Positions 1 to 10,983 of a stretch of DNA of 64,000 bases are shown piece by piece; position 1 is the first letter of the stretch; each line of letters starts with the position of its first letter. Made by a program: the position numbers and the translations under genes. Below the pieces are notes generated by a model. That model saw nothing but the letters and a program-made list of their open reading frames with translations. It made no database searches and was not told the origin of the DNA. Source of the stretch: a virus; IMG/VR virus record IMGVR_UViG_3300042896_000648, positions 14,549-78,548 of that record; one strand, given 5' to 3'.

Positions 1-134
1 GAAATTGGGGTTGAATATAATATCCACTATGATGAATATGGCGTTATAGTATCAATAAAAAACAATTTTGAAAGTGAAATTGTATTTTCGAAAGGAAAGT
101 ATATTGAAAAGTATATTAATCAAGAATAATTAGC

Positions 135-142
135 TATATTTG
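135..142 (+). promoter_or_regulatory. Bacteroidota sigma70-type -7 promoter element (TATATTTG) for the replication operon
   Basis: Matches TAnnTTTG, intergenic, followed by a structured leader and ORF 274. Confidence 0.6.
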
Positions 143-152
143 TAATACGATT

Positions 153-260
153 TAGCGATCGAAGCATTAAAGAAAATATTTTGCCATTTTTTGGTCTGAT
201 TCTATGGGGTTTTTGATGCACCCTCGCTACATAGAAGACGACCGAAAAGTGGCTTTTTTT
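153..260 (+). promoter_or_regulatory. Structured 5' leader / attenuator-like terminator upstream of the replication operon
   Basis: Long hairpin GCCATTTTTTGGTC..TTCTATG / CATAGAA..GACCGAAAAGTGGC followed by T7. The 5' segments TAGCGA and GCATTAAAG are complementary to its loop. Confidence 0.6.
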
Positions 261-273
261 ATTTAAAAAAAAC

Positions 274-783
274 ATGATTATAATACCAGAAATTGGATTT
301 GACAAAGAAATAAACTTACTCTATGAAGATAGAGGTTTTATTCACCATTATTACACAAGAGAAAAAATAAATGCATTAGTTAATTCTGTTGTAGCACTTG
401 CTAATGAAGCATTGGAATTAATGGATAAAAATAATTTATCAGATGATTTTGTAATTAGTTATAATAAGTTAAAATCAGATAAAGAAAATTCTGGATTTTA
501 TTCTAATGGACAAAAATCAAATAAAAATACAGCTAGGATTGTAGATTTATATTTAATACAAAATACTAATAATAAAAATTTAAAAATAGGTATATCTAAA
601 AATGTTAACTTACGACTACTTTCTCTTCAGTCAAATAATTCAGATAAGTTAGAAATTATATCCGTTATTAAAAACAAATCTAATATTGAAAGACAATTAC
701 ACAAAAAATTTAGCAATTTAAGAATATATAAAGAATGGTTTAAATATGACGAATCTATTGTTAAACATTTTGAATCACTATGA
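274..783 (+). CDS. T5orf172/MUG113-like GIY-YIG domain protein
   Basis: C-terminal LYLI..KIGISKN..RL..LQ..E..LHKKF..R..EWF pattern. Confidence 0.75.
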   Translation: MIIIPEIGFDKEINLLYEDRGFIHHYYTREKINALVNSVVALANEALELMDKNNLSDDFVISYNKLKSDKENSGFYSNGQKSNKNTARIVDLYLIQNTNNKNLKIGISKNVNLRLLSLQSNNSDKLEIISVIKNKSNIERQLHKKFSNLRIYKEWFKYDESIVKHFESL

Positions 784-1733
784 ACAAAGAACAAATATAT
801 TTTCCGCATTATGTAAATACCAGAAATGATAGACGAGTTAAAAGACTTCGTAAAGATATGGGTCTTGAAGGTTATGGTGCTTTTATTTCTTTATTTGAAG
901 TTTTAAGAGAACAAATTGATTATCGTTTTCCGCTTTCAGATATTGATTTACTATCTGATGAATTTGGAATTTCAGAAGCAAAGCTTAAAACTATCGTAAT
1001 GAACTATGATTTATTTATAGTTGATATAGATTTGAAGTTTTTTTCAGTTGAATTAATAGAATCTATACAACCGTTTCTAAGGGCAAAAGAACAGCGAAAA
1101 AATGCCATAAAGGCACGTTGGGATAAAACTAAAGTACTTGAAATACAACAAGAAACTATACGACCGTATAACGACCATATTACGACCGAAATACAAAGTA
1201 AAGTAAATGAAAGTAAAGTAAATGAAATTAAAGAAATATTACTTGTCGATTTTCAAAAAAATGAAAATCTCGACTCTGACTTAAATTCTAAAATTCCGCA
1301 GAAAAAAGATAAAGAGAGTTTGACCGCAGAAAAAAAAGAAAGATTCGATTTGGCTTGGGCTTTATATGATAGGCACGGAAATAAAAAAACCTCATTGGCT
1401 CGCTTTTTAAAGTTGTCTGATTCAGAAATAGAAAACCTATTTGCGGATGTGCCGGTGTACAAAAAAATACCTACTGAAATTAAATATAGAAAACATTTCG
1501 AAGTTTACATTAATGGAAAGTGTTGGGAAGACAGAGAAATCGTTAAAGTTCAAGAAAAAATAGTAGAATTAATCCCACATCCTTTAGGCTTTCGATTCTT
1601 GGATTCAGAAGAAACAAATAAGTTGAGTAGTATTAGCGATAAAGCATACACCGATTATATCCTAGCCTCTAGGGAAGCACGAAATGAAGGTTATTACAAG
1701 AACGAAAACAATATAGCTGTAAAAAACAAATGA
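780..1733 (+). CDS. Replication initiator-like protein (DUF4373 / Lin1244-type N-terminal domain)
   Basis: N-terminal YFPH..RND..LR..GLEGYG..L.E.L motif, internal DNA repeats, located just before the primase-helicase. Confidence 0.7.
   Translation: MNKEQIYFPHYVNTRNDRRVKRLRKDMGLEGYGAFISLFEVLREQIDYRFPLSDIDLLSDEFGISEAKLKTIVMNYDLFIVDIDLKFFSVELIESIQPFLRAKEQRKNAIKARWDKTKVLEIQQETIRPYNDHITTEIQSKVNESKVNEIKEILLVDFQKNENLDSDLNSKIPQKKDKESLTAEKKERFDLAWALYDRHGNKKTSLARFLKLSDSEIENLFADVPVYKKIPTEIKYRKHFEVYINGKCWEDREIVKVQEKIVELIPHPLGFRFLDSEETNKLSSISDKAYTDYILASREARNEGYYKNENNIAVKNK
1158..1230 (+). repeat. Iteron-like repeats / putative replication origin inside the initiator gene
   Basis: ACGACC at 1160, 1171 and 1182 (11-bp period), followed by AAAGTAAAGTAAATG twice. 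Confidence 0.55.
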
Positions 1734-3442
1734 GAATAAAAAGCCTAGCTACCAAAATAGTATACGATTTAGAATTTTCTAAGTCAGGAGAAAACACAAG
1801 TACCTGTCCAGACTGTATTGATGATAGAAAAAATAAGAAGGCAAAGCCTTTCTCGTTTAATGTTTCCAAAGGTCGTGGCTACTGCAATCATTGTAACGCA
1901 GCTTTTGTGGAAGAAACCTACGGAAAGGAATTTACAAAACCCGTTTTTGACGAAACATTCAAGAGCCTAAAACCGGCTTGGGTTGATAATTTCCTAGCAA
2001 AGAGAAGTATTTCAGAATCTACCCTTACTAAAATGAAGGTAAGCGAAAAGAATGGAATGATAGCTTATCCATTTTTTAGAAAAGGAGAATTAATTAATGT
2101 CAAGTATCGTGGAGCAAATAAAGAGTTTCGTCTTGAATCAGGAGCAGAACTTTGTTGGTATAATTATGATGCAATTTTGAATTTTAAAGAAATTGTAATA
2201 GTTGAAGGAGAAACAGATTGTCTTTCATTTATCGAATCAGGAATAGAAAACTGTATTTCAGTTCCAAATGGTGCAAATGTAGGCAAGATGGAATATTTCG
2301 ACAATTCTATTTCAGACCTAGATAAAATTGAGCGATTTTATATCTGTACAGATGCCGATACTAAGGGTATGGAAATAAGAGACGAACTCATTAGAAGGCT
2401 TGGAGAAGATAAGTGTTTTACTTGCAATTTAAGGCAATATAAAGACGCAAATGAATATCTTATAGGACAAGGCAGAGAAAGTCTCTTAGAAGTAATTAAA
2501 ACAGCAAAAAACGTAAAGATAAATGGAGTAATTGAATTCAATGATTTTAAGAACGAATTTCGTGACTTACATAAGAATGGACTTCAACCAGGGAAAACAA
2601 TCGGTGCTTTTCTTGACAAGTTAATTACTTGGGAAACTGGAAGGCTTGCTATATTCAGCGGAGTTCCTTCGTGTGGAAAAAGTGAATTAGTTGATTTTAT
2701 TAATATTAAACTTTCAATGAGGCACGGTTGGAAAGTAGCTTATTACTCGCCTGAAAGTCACCCTTCTCATTGTCATTCTGCTCGATTATCTGAAAAAATG
2801 GCAGGCTGTAAGTTTGAGAAAATAACAGATGATTCACTTGATTTATGCGAAAGATTTATTCAGGATAACTTTTTTTGGATTGATACAGATGAAAATAGCG
2901 TACTTGATGATATACTTCTTAAATTCAAGCAACTAATTAAAACAAAGGGAGTCAAAATATTGGTTATTGATCCGTGGAATTGTATCGAGAATGACGGAGG
3001 GTATTTAGACCAAGGCCGTTTACTTCAAAAAATAGTTAAATTTGCCAGAAGAAACAATGTCTTGATTATATTAGTTGCACACCCAAGGAAATTAGCAACA
3101 AATAAAGATACAAGAAAATTTGAAATGCCTACTATGTATGATATTGCCGGCAGTTCTGATTTTTGGAATATGTGCGATTATGGCGTTTTAATTCAGCGAG
3201 AGCAGGAGGATAATACGTTGAAGTTTTTAAACAATGGTAAGATTCAAATAGCTAAAGTTAAAACTAAGAATCTAGGGGAGCAAGGTGTGGCTAATTTTAA
3301 GTACGGTTATTATAGTGGTAGGTATTTTGATGAAACAGAATCTTTTGACGATTCAAATTGGCTAAATCCCACAGAAATAATATTAACTATGCCAATACCT
3401 ATGAATAACAATATTTTTAATGATATTGAAGTCCCTTTTTAA
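1730..3442 (+). CDS. T7 gp4/Twinkle-like DNA primase-helicase
   Basis: Zn finger CPDC..CNHC, TOPRIM EGETD..DAD, Walker A GVPSCGKS, IDPW, AHPRK and IAGSS SF4 helicase motifs. Confidence 0.92.
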   Translation: MRIKSLATKIVYDLEFSKSGENTSTCPDCIDDRKNKKAKPFSFNVSKGRGYCNHCNAAFVEETYGKEFTKPVFDETFKSLKPAWVDNFLAKRSISESTLTKMKVSEKNGMIAYPFFRKGELINVKYRGANKEFRLESGAELCWYNYDAILNFKEIVIVEGETDCLSFIESGIENCISVPNGANVGKMEYFDNSISDLDKIERFYICTDADTKGMEIRDELIRRLGEDKCFTCNLRQYKDANEYLIGQGRESLLEVIKTAKNVKINGVIEFNDFKNEFRDLHKNGLQPGKTIGAFLDKLITWETGRLAIFSGVPSCGKSELVDFINIKLSMRHGWKVAYYSPESHPSHCHSARLSEKMAGCKFEKITDDSLDLCERFIQDNFFWIDTDENSVLDDILLKFKQLIKTKGVKILVIDPWNCIENDGGYLDQGRLLQKIVKFARRNNVLIILVAHPRKLATNKDTRKFEMPTMYDIAGSSDFWNMCDYGVLIQREQEDNTLKFLNNGKIQIAKVKTKNLGEQGVANFKYGYYSGRYFDETESFDDSNWLNPTEIILTMPIPMNNNIFNDIEVPF

Positions 3443-3463
3443 ATAATTATAAAATAAAATAAA

Positions 3464-4126
3464 ATGAACGTAAAATTAGTATCAATTACAAAGTCTTTAA
3501 TAAAAGAAGCAGATTTATCACCTGAAGAATTAATTGTTTATGTAGCAAGGGTTTCAAATCCTTCTAATCAATTAAATTTTGAAACATCAGATAGGCTTAT
3601 TTCTTATATGGTAAAAAATAAGCATTGGTCTCCTTTTGAAATGTGTGATATGACTATTGAAATTATAACAAGTAGAGGCATTTCAGCACAGATTTTAAGG
3701 CATAAATCATTTTTTTTCCAGGAATTTTCACAAAGGTATTCAGAAGTAACTGATTTAGAGCCTATTCAGTTAAGAAAGTCGGGAACGACAAATAGGCAAA
3801 GTAGTTCAGAAGAATTTGACCCAACCATTTGGGATGATTTAAAAGTTAAAGCTTCATTAGCAATTAAAGAACACTTAGAAGAAAGTCAGAGATTATATGA
3901 ATCTTTACTTGAAGCAGGAGTAGCAAAAGAATGCGCAAGATTTATCCTTCCTTTAACAACACAAACTAAAATATATATGAAAGGAAGTATTAGAAGTTGG
4001 ATACACTATTTACAGGTTAGGTCTGATAGCCACACACAATTAGAGCATCAACAAATCGCATTTGCTATTTTAGAGATATTTAAAATTAACTTTCCTAATA
4101 TTTCAAAAGCGTTAAGTTTAAACTAA
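3464..4126 (+). CDS. thyX: Flavin-dependent thymidylate synthase
   Basis: HWSPFE, RHKSFFFQEFSQRY (RHx7SxR signature) and AKECARFILP. Confidence 0.95.
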   Translation: MNVKLVSITKSLIKEADLSPEELIVYVARVSNPSNQLNFETSDRLISYMVKNKHWSPFEMCDMTIEIITSRGISAQILRHKSFFFQEFSQRYSEVTDLEPIQLRKSGTTNRQSSSEEFDPTIWDDLKVKASLAIKEHLEESQRLYESLLEAGVAKECARFILPLTTQTKIYMKGSIRSWIHYLQVRSDSHTQLEHQQIAFAILEIFKINFPNISKALSLN

Positions 4127-4130
4127 TAAT

Positions 4131-4161
4131 TTGTTTCTATAAAATATTTAAATTACATTTG
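4131..4161 (+). promoter_or_regulatory. Early-type promoter TTG..TACATTTG
   Basis: Bacteroidota -33/-7 consensus upstream of ORF 4175. Confidence 0.65.
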
Positions 4162-4174
4162 TTAAAAAAATAAC

Positions 4175-4378
4175 ATGAAAGACAAAAACATATTTGCAAC
4201 ATTACTAAATGTATTAGGATTAATTCAAATAATATTCTTTACCATCCTTCTAATCTTAATGGTTTGGACAGATAATCCTGGATTTATACAAAATTTACTT
4301 TTAAGTGATTTTATATCCTTTGTATCAGTAATGATAATTTATTATTTACTATATTATACACCCGAAAAAGATAGATAA
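4175..4378 (+). CDS. Small two-TM membrane protein
   Basis: Two hydrophobic stretches, first gene after a promoter. Confidence 0.55.
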   Translation: MKDKNIFATLLNVLGLIQIIFFTILLILMVWTDNPGFIQNLLLSDFISFVSVMIIYYLLYYTPEKDR

Positions 4379-4379
4379 A

Positions 4380-4607
4380 ATGGAAAATAAAAAGATTCTA
4401 AAATTAGCATTAGAAAAATATGGATATAAATTAGATGATTCAACAATTTTTACTAATAGTTTAATTATACCTGTTTTAGAAGCAATGGATAATGCAAGAT
4501 TAGACCAATGCAATAAAGTTGTAAAAAAAATAGAGCAAAGAACAAACAGAATAGGAATGTTTTATGCAAATGAAGAAAAAACATATAATTTAATTAAAAA
4601 ACTATGA
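4380..4607 (+). CDS. Hypothetical protein
   Basis: Translationally coupled ORF. Confidence 0.55.
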   Translation: MENKKILKLALEKYGYKLDDSTIFTNSLIIPVLEAMDNARLDQCNKVVKKIEQRTNRIGMFYANEEKTYNLIKKL

Positions 4608-5212
4608 GTTCTACAAATAGAAGTAATGCAAGAGATAGTCATATTTCAGATTATTATGTAACGCCAAGTAAGCCTATTTTAAATTTATTTCAGGCACTTA
4701 AAGAAAGTGAATGTTCTGAATTATTTACATTAGATGAAGGAAAATTATTTTGGTGGCATAAATACTTAGACCCATGTGCCGGTGGAGACGAGAAAAATGA
4801 AATGAGTTATCCAAGCGTAATTCAAGGCTTAGGAGTTCATAAAGAATATATTAAAACAATTGATTTTAGAGAAAATTCAAAAGCTGAAATTAAAGCTGAT
4901 TTCTTAAAATGTAATTGGAGTGAAAGATATAAAGTAGTAATTACTAATCCACCTTTTAATATTGCAGAGGAGATTATAAAAAAATCATTTGAATTTGCAG
5001 AAGAAGGTGGATATGTAATTATGCTTTTAAGATTAAACTTTTTTGGATCTAAAAAAAGAAAAGAATTTTGGCAAAACAATATGCCTATTTTAACTTTTGT
5101 CCATAGAGAACGAATTTCATTTACAAATGGACAAACAGATAGTATTGAATATATGCATTGTGTTTGGAAAAAAGGGGTACAACAAAATTTTACAAAACTT
5201 TCAATTATATAA
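4604..5212 (+). CDS. DNA amino-methyltransferase (m6A/m4C)
   Basis: SAM-binding LDPCAG and catalytic ITNPPF. Confidence 0.85.
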   Translation: MSSTNRSNARDSHISDYYVTPSKPILNLFQALKESECSELFTLDEGKLFWWHKYLDPCAGGDEKNEMSYPSVIQGLGVHKEYIKTIDFRENSKAEIKADFLKCNWSERYKVVITNPPFNIAEEIIKKSFEFAEEGGYVIMLLRLNFFGSKKRKEFWQNNMPILTFVHRERISFTNGQTDSIEYMHCVWKKGVQQNFTKLSII

Positions 5213-5219
5213 TTTATTC

Positions 5220-7019
5220 TTAAACTAATTCAATAGCTTCACATTCTATATCTCCACTACTATAAGTAACTTTAGTCATAAAGGCATAAACTAGGTTTCC
5301 GCAATAGTCAAATGATACACATTTTTTTAGCTTAGAGAGCTCAGCGTTTTCTAAGCTAAATTTATATTTAAACTTACCTATTACCGCTTCAGAGCTCAAC
5401 GCACCATTCTCGTCAATTACGCCTTCTATTTGGTCGTGGCTACCAAAGTTATAATTTCCGTCCCCAGAGGCGAACTCTAGGTCAGTTAAGATAAACTTTG
5501 CCATTCTCTTTAAGTTTCTTGTTGGTGTTATTCTCAGGTTCACTGCTCTGTCGGGTTGGTATACATCCGCTCCTATATATTCGTTAGTCTCAGCAGTCAT
5601 CGAGTTTTTAATCACCACTATACTAAAAGTTTGGTCTCTTGCTTGCAGTTTGTTAAGGCATTGATTTATCTCACTCGCACTAGCACTCCAATCATTAAGC
5701 ATCGAAAGTTCCGTACCATTCACCTCACTCTCGTAGTTTCTTGTACCGTTGTACTCGATAGAGCCAAAATTCGTGTTGTCAGCTTTCCAACTATTATACC
5801 CAACTTTCACGTCCGAGTATAGTAGGTCGCTGTTCACTTCTCTAGTTACGTCTATTACTTCTAGGTTATATGGGCGTTCTATCTTCACGAAGTTTTCTCT
5901 TCGGTATATATCCACCTTACTTCCAGATATGTCTATGCTAGTCGGGTATTTATTGTTTAGTTCATCAAACAGCTTAAACAGCGACACATTTATAGTTGAA
6001 ACCTTATTTTGCAATCCTTCATTACTCGTAAGGAAGATGTCGAATACCTCGCTGTCGAACAAGTATGTTCTTAAACTTATAGCTCCTTTACTTGCACGAT
6101 TAATAATTGAGTTGAAGGCGCTTCTTAGCGAAATAGCTTTAACATCTCGCCACTCAATCGCACTTAATTCGCACTTAATTATCGAAATACCGTCGCTAGC
6201 GTCATCATATACGTATTGAAAAGTCGAACTATTAGCACTCTCAATATAAAGGGTTATCTGTTCGCCAGGTTGCACCTGAAGTGTATGGTTCACCGTAATG
6301 GTGTGTTGAACCAAAACTGAGGTTAAGGGAAATGAATCTATTTCATAAATATCAGAATCAGATTTAAGATACACGGTAAAGTCTCCTAAATCAGCGGAGC
6401 TCGCATTTACTTTAATACTGCCGGTAAGTTCAATACATTGCTCTACGTCAGAAGTGAAGAACGGAGCGGAATCGTGTGCCATTACAGACCTAGATGTCGA
6501 GTCTACGAAGTTGTCGTCCGTCTTCACTAGGGGTATGTAGTGGTTAGGGCTTGCTGTTACTATACTCGCTACGTTTTCTCCAAGTACTTTGAAGTTTACT
6601 ATACTAGGTAGGTTTCTGATTGGTACTTTTATAGTCTCCGTTAACTCAACGGGGTATAGTACCTTATCCTTATTTCTTAATAGTTCTCCACCGCCACTAG
6701 GCTTAAACCCAATTTCTAAAGTACAGCAGGTAGGTTCGCCATACATCGAAAAATCTAGGAGTAGACTGATGGTCTGTTCGTTAATTATCGTTACTCTTAC
6801 TACTGCATCAAATCCATCTCTCTCAAACACCCTCTTAATGTATCCTACTATTTCCTCGTTTTCAATAGTTATCTTAGTTGAAGAAGACTCATTCGAAAAT
6901 CCGTATCCATCATTATTCCAATAGCCCCAATAGGTCTCAGAGATGAATCTTTCTATCTTAATAGCATCGAAACCAACTATATCACTTTCAGGAAGTTCGA
7001 AGTTATCTATTAGTATCAT
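5220..7019 (-). CDS. Putative minor tail/baseplate structural protein (true start probably ATG 7019, MILIDNF)
   Basis: Long beta-rich ORF with the late-type promoter motif at 7031-7055. The ORF-track extension to 7211 overlaps the promoters and the opposite gene. Confidence 0.55.
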   Translation of the reverse strand: MILIDNFELPESDIVGFDAIKIERFISETYWGYWNNDGYGFSNESSSTKITIENEEIVGYIKRVFERDGFDAVVRVTIINEQTISLLLDFSMYGEPTCCTLEIGFKPSGGGELLRNKDKVLYPVELTETIKVPIRNLPSIVNFKVLGENVASIVTASPNHYIPLVKTDDNFVDSTSRSVMAHDSAPFFTSDVEQCIELTGSIKVNASSADLGDFTVYLKSDSDIYEIDSFPLTSVLVQHTITVNHTLQVQPGEQITLYIESANSSTFQYVYDDASDGISIIKCELSAIEWRDVKAISLRSAFNSIINRASKGAISLRTYLFDSEVFDIFLTSNEGLQNKVSTINVSLFKLFDELNNKYPTSIDISGSKVDIYRRENFVKIERPYNLEVIDVTREVNSDLLYSDVKVGYNSWKADNTNFGSIEYNGTRNYESEVNGTELSMLNDWSASASEINQCLNKLQARDQTFSIVVIKNSMTAETNEYIGADVYQPDRAVNLRITPTRNLKRMAKFILTDLEFASGDGNYNFGSHDQIEGVIDENGALSSEAVIGKFKYKFSLENAELSKLKKCVSFDYCGNLVYAFMTKVTYSSGDIECEAIELV

Positions 7020-7030
7020 AATTTTTTTCA

Positions 7031-7089
7031 CAAAAATAAAAAATATTTTGCGGTTTACTTGTTTTCTATTTTTCGGTACATTACATTTG
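7031..7089. promoter_or_regulatory. Back-to-back promoter module: late-type (minus, AACC-N13-TATTTTTG) and early-type (plus, TTG..TACATTTG)
   Basis: A near-identical module occurs at 27639-27698. Confidence 0.6.
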
Positions 7090-7110
7090 TAACAACAAAA
7101 AACAAATGAT

Positions 7111-7752
7111 ATGAAAAAATACAAAGAGATATTAAAAATGTTCTGCTCTAACGATATGATTAGATATTGGATGAAAGACCCATTTATTATGGGAGATAAA
7201 GTTATTGCCACAGATGGAGTATTTTTAGTTGCAGTAGATAAAGATGGGTTAGACTATAACCAGCTTAGTTCTGATTATGTTTCAAAGGTAAGTAAATCTT
7301 ACCCAATGGATTATAATATGAATTTCCCTATTTCTGTTGAAGAATTAAAGTCTCTACTATCTGCCGTACCTTTAATAGAAGAAGAAGAAACTAAACCTTG
7401 TGACGAATGTAATGGTGTAGGAGAGGTTACTTGGGAGTATGATACTAGCGAAAGGACGTACGAAAAAGAATTAGATTGCCCTGTCTGTAATGGAGAAGGC
7501 GAGATTATTATAATCAAAAAAGGAGTAATGGTTAGAAGCCCTTTAGACCTTTGTAAGATAGGTAATTGCAGTTTTTTTATAGATAAAATAGACCAATTAA
7601 TCAAGGTAGCGGAAATCCTAGAAGTTAATGAGATTATTCAAGTAAATCAAACCTTAAATAATAAGGCCAATATGTTTAAAATTGGTGATATAGAAATCAT
7701 GTTAATGCCAACAATTATAAATAAAGACGACTTTTATCACTTTGTATTATGA
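7111..7752 (+). CDS. Protein with DnaJ-type Zn finger insertion
   Basis: CDECNGVG and CPVCNGEG (two CxxCxGxG). Confidence 0.6.
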   Translation: MKKYKEILKMFCSNDMIRYWMKDPFIMGDKVIATDGVFLVAVDKDGLDYNQLSSDYVSKVSKSYPMDYNMNFPISVEELKSLLSAVPLIEEEETKPCDECNGVGEVTWEYDTSERTYEKELDCPVCNGEGEIIIIKKGVMVRSPLDLCKIGNCSFFIDKIDQLIKVAEILEVNEIIQVNQTLNNKANMFKIGDIEIMLMPTIINKDDFYHFVL

Positions 7753-10146
7753 GAAACTTAAAAGAATTGTATGAGATAGTACTAGAGAATTTTGATTATT
7801 ATATTGGGAAGGGTGGAATTTGTAATATTAGCAACCAGTTATCTTTTTATGAAATAATCACAATCCAAGAATCAATTTTACTTGATGGCGACATCGAGGC
7901 GCAAACAGGAGCAGTATTCACATACGCTTGGCCTCGCACTCCCGCAGGAAATATAGAAAGAAAAGAATTTATTAAAAAACGAATAAACGAACTATGATAC
8001 TAAAAATCCTACTAGGCGAGGAAGAAACTTCGCCATCAAAACCAGAAGTTGTTATCATTAACAACGTCAAGTACAATAAGCAACTCTTTGAGCGGTTTAT
8101 GGAAATCTCGGAATGTACTGATTATAAGGATAAGGAATATCCCTCTCTTGATAATGTTAAGACTACCGTAGTAGACGATAGGCCAAACTTTTCAGATTGG
8201 TACACCGAGCTGAAGACAAAGGAACTCGATTATGATTGGGATACGATTCAAGAAGATTGGATGAAAACAAATATTGGATTAATTCAATTTCTTAAACTAA
8301 ACTATAACATACCTACAAAAAAATGAAAATCTTAATCAGTATCATCATTACAATCCTAGTCTTGTTTGGGCTTGCTGTCCGCCAAGCACAGAAAGATTTA
8401 AAAAACATCAAAGACATAGATAATCACGATTTATTCCAATGAAAGAAACAATAGAAGAGTTTGCAGATAAAACGTATCCTTATTATGGAGACACAGAATT
8501 AAGGGAGGCTGTTATAATTGGTGCAAATTGGCAATCTGAAAGAAGTTATAGTGAGGAAGATTTAAAACAAGCTTACTTAGATGGATGTGAAATACAATTA
8601 AATAATATCTATCATTTAGATAAATGGTTTAAAAAATTTAAAAAAAAATAATATGAAAGAAACAATAGAAGAAGCTACTGAAAAGTATTTAAAAACAGTT
8701 AAAGGATTAAATTATAGAAACTTATATGATTTAAGTAATCAGCAAGAATTAGCATTTAAAGATGGTGCTAATTGGCAATTAGAAAGAATGTATAGTGATA
8801 TGGAGGAATATGCAACATTCTGTATAGAATGCGATAGAAATGGACTATCTCCATTACAAGCAAAAGGATATTTCGAACAATTAAGACAATATAAATAAAA
8901 TATGAAAAACGGAGAAAGAAACCAAGAAAACCTTCCTATTGAGGCTAGCCCTTGTAAGTACATACGCAAGTTCGGCATTGCGTGGGATTATACCGAAAAG
9001 CCTAAAGACGTTTTTATTAACGCTCTTACATTTGACGATAATCGAATATACCCTTATTCTTGTCACGACATTATGTATCCCGAAAGGCATTACGCTAACT
9101 TTCGTAAGGTCAAGGAATATGCCGGTCAAATAGAGTTTACTGATGAAAAAATTCAAGAGATTATGGCACATGACGAATCAGGAAAATCATTAGATCGTAT
9201 TTACGCACTCATTAACAGAGTGAACTATAATCTAGTTTACTTTAATAAAGAGAAGGTCGACTTCATATTGAACGATAACCGCAAAAGACTGATTCACAAC
9301 CTAACAAATCTGAAATCAGAAGAGAATCGTGCAGAATTATATTTAACAAACATTTTAATGAGAATGATATGAGATACTTAATAATAACAAAGGATTACGA
9401 ACCTTACTATACTAATGATATGGAAGAGTTCGATTTTGACAGTGACCTATACGTCATTAACTTAATCACAGACGAATACTATAACGGTAAGGTTTGGAAG
9501 AAAATTCAAAAAATTATATGATAAAGATAATAACAAAAATTGAAGACGATGACTTGCTAGAATATCTATTTAAGAGAGTTATGGAATTTAATAGAAAGAA
9601 AGATAGCTATGGTATGGGTTTTATGGTAGGGCAAAGCACTATAATTACAAAGCAACATAATAGGGATTTTTATGAAAGATATTCGTGTAATATCTATAAA
9701 GTTAAGTCAGGAATAATAGCAAGATTAAGTAAAATAAAAGAATAATGGAATTAGAAATAAAACACTTAGCGCCATATTTGCCGTATGGATTAACATTTTT
9801 AATAGAAAGTAAACACGATAGTAAAGAGCCTAATATTAATGAATTAAAGTCAATAGACATTGGGTTGAAAATGGTAAATTTTGGATGGGGTAATGCAAAA
9901 TATTTTACTGAAATAAGACCAATATTGAAAAATAAGATACATTTATATAATCTTCAAATTGAAATACTAAATAAGTGGGGAGATGGATTATCTGATAAAG
10001 CTAAGGGGTATTGGCTAAAAGAAATGATAGAAAATATGATTAATTCAACATACGATTCATTAAGGTTTGATGAAGTAGAGTTTATGCTAGAAAACCATAT
10101 TGATGTATTTGGCCTAATAGATAAAGGACTTGCAATAAAAATATAA
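7749..10146 (+). other. Island of small early-type hypothetical ORFs (7749, 7994, 8439, 8653, 8902, 9518, 9745)
   Basis: Tightly packed co-oriented ORFs. 8439 and 8653 share the MKETIEE..GANWQ.ER motif. Confidence 0.6.
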
Positions 10147-10186
10147 AATAACTTGCAAATATAATTATTATTCATTACCTTTGTTT

Positions 10187-10525
10187 ATGGTTTTTACAGA
10201 AGAAATAGCTAAAGAGCTTCAAGGCTCTCTTAAATTACACAACATTACGGTTACCAGGTGGCGGGAGCGAGGTTTTATCCCTAAAAAGTATTTCTATACA
10301 TCAGAGATACAGATTAAGGGCATGAATTTACGGGAGGCTAGAAAGTATCTTAATCTTAGCCAAAACGTAGTTTGCTCGCTCCTAGCCAGAGAAGGTTGTA
10401 GTATAGCCCGCAACACCTTGTTAGTTTGGGAAAAAGGCACGCACCGGCCACAATTAAAGAATTTGAAGGCGTTGAAGAAAATCTACAACGAGTTAATAAA
10501 CAAGAAACAAGAATGGAAGAAATAA
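10187..10525 (+). CDS. XRE-type HTH transcriptional regulator, probably leaderless
   Basis: NLREARKYLNLSQ..ARNTLLVWEKG.HRP HTH. ATG lies 3 nt after the promoter element TACCTTTG (10176-10183). Confidence 0.75.
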   Translation: MVFTEEIAKELQGSLKLHNITVTRWRERGFIPKKYFYTSEIQIKGMNLREARKYLNLSQNVVCSLLAREGCSIARNTLLVWEKGTHRPQLKNLKALKKIYNELINKKQEWKK

Positions 10526-10983
10526 CACAAGTACCAATCACGGGCGATATGAGTATCCCTGTTACATTAATTAATGATTGTTCCGCTTATAATTTAAAGT
10601 CGGGCTTTATGTTTAATGCATACATATCCAAGTTTAAACTAGGTAGTGGCTATCAGATATACTCAGCACTAGGCAATAAGGTTTTCCATAAGTCTTTTAA
10701 TGATTTAGATGGTCTTTTAAAGATAGTTGAAATAAATCAAGTATAAAAATATGGAAGAAATAACAGACAAATACCCTGGTACAAGAGTTGGTTCACAGGT
10801 ATTTGGTGAAAATAAAATAAACAAAATAAGTATATTAGAGCAATACATCAAAGAGTATTATAAGCCCCGCTTAATTAGGGTTATGAAGCAAAACGGTACT
10901 TATGATTATTTTGAGAAAAGTGTTTCAAGGTCGCTTGATTTTCAGTTTTATCGGTTTTGGAAGTGGTTGTTTAAATAAAAAAT

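Noticed and set aside
7020-7211. N-terminal extensions in the ORF track (5220..7211, 26882..27703, 10181 start)
   Set aside because: They run through promoter modules or the opposite gene. Internal ATGs at 7019, 27625 and 10187 fit the promoters.
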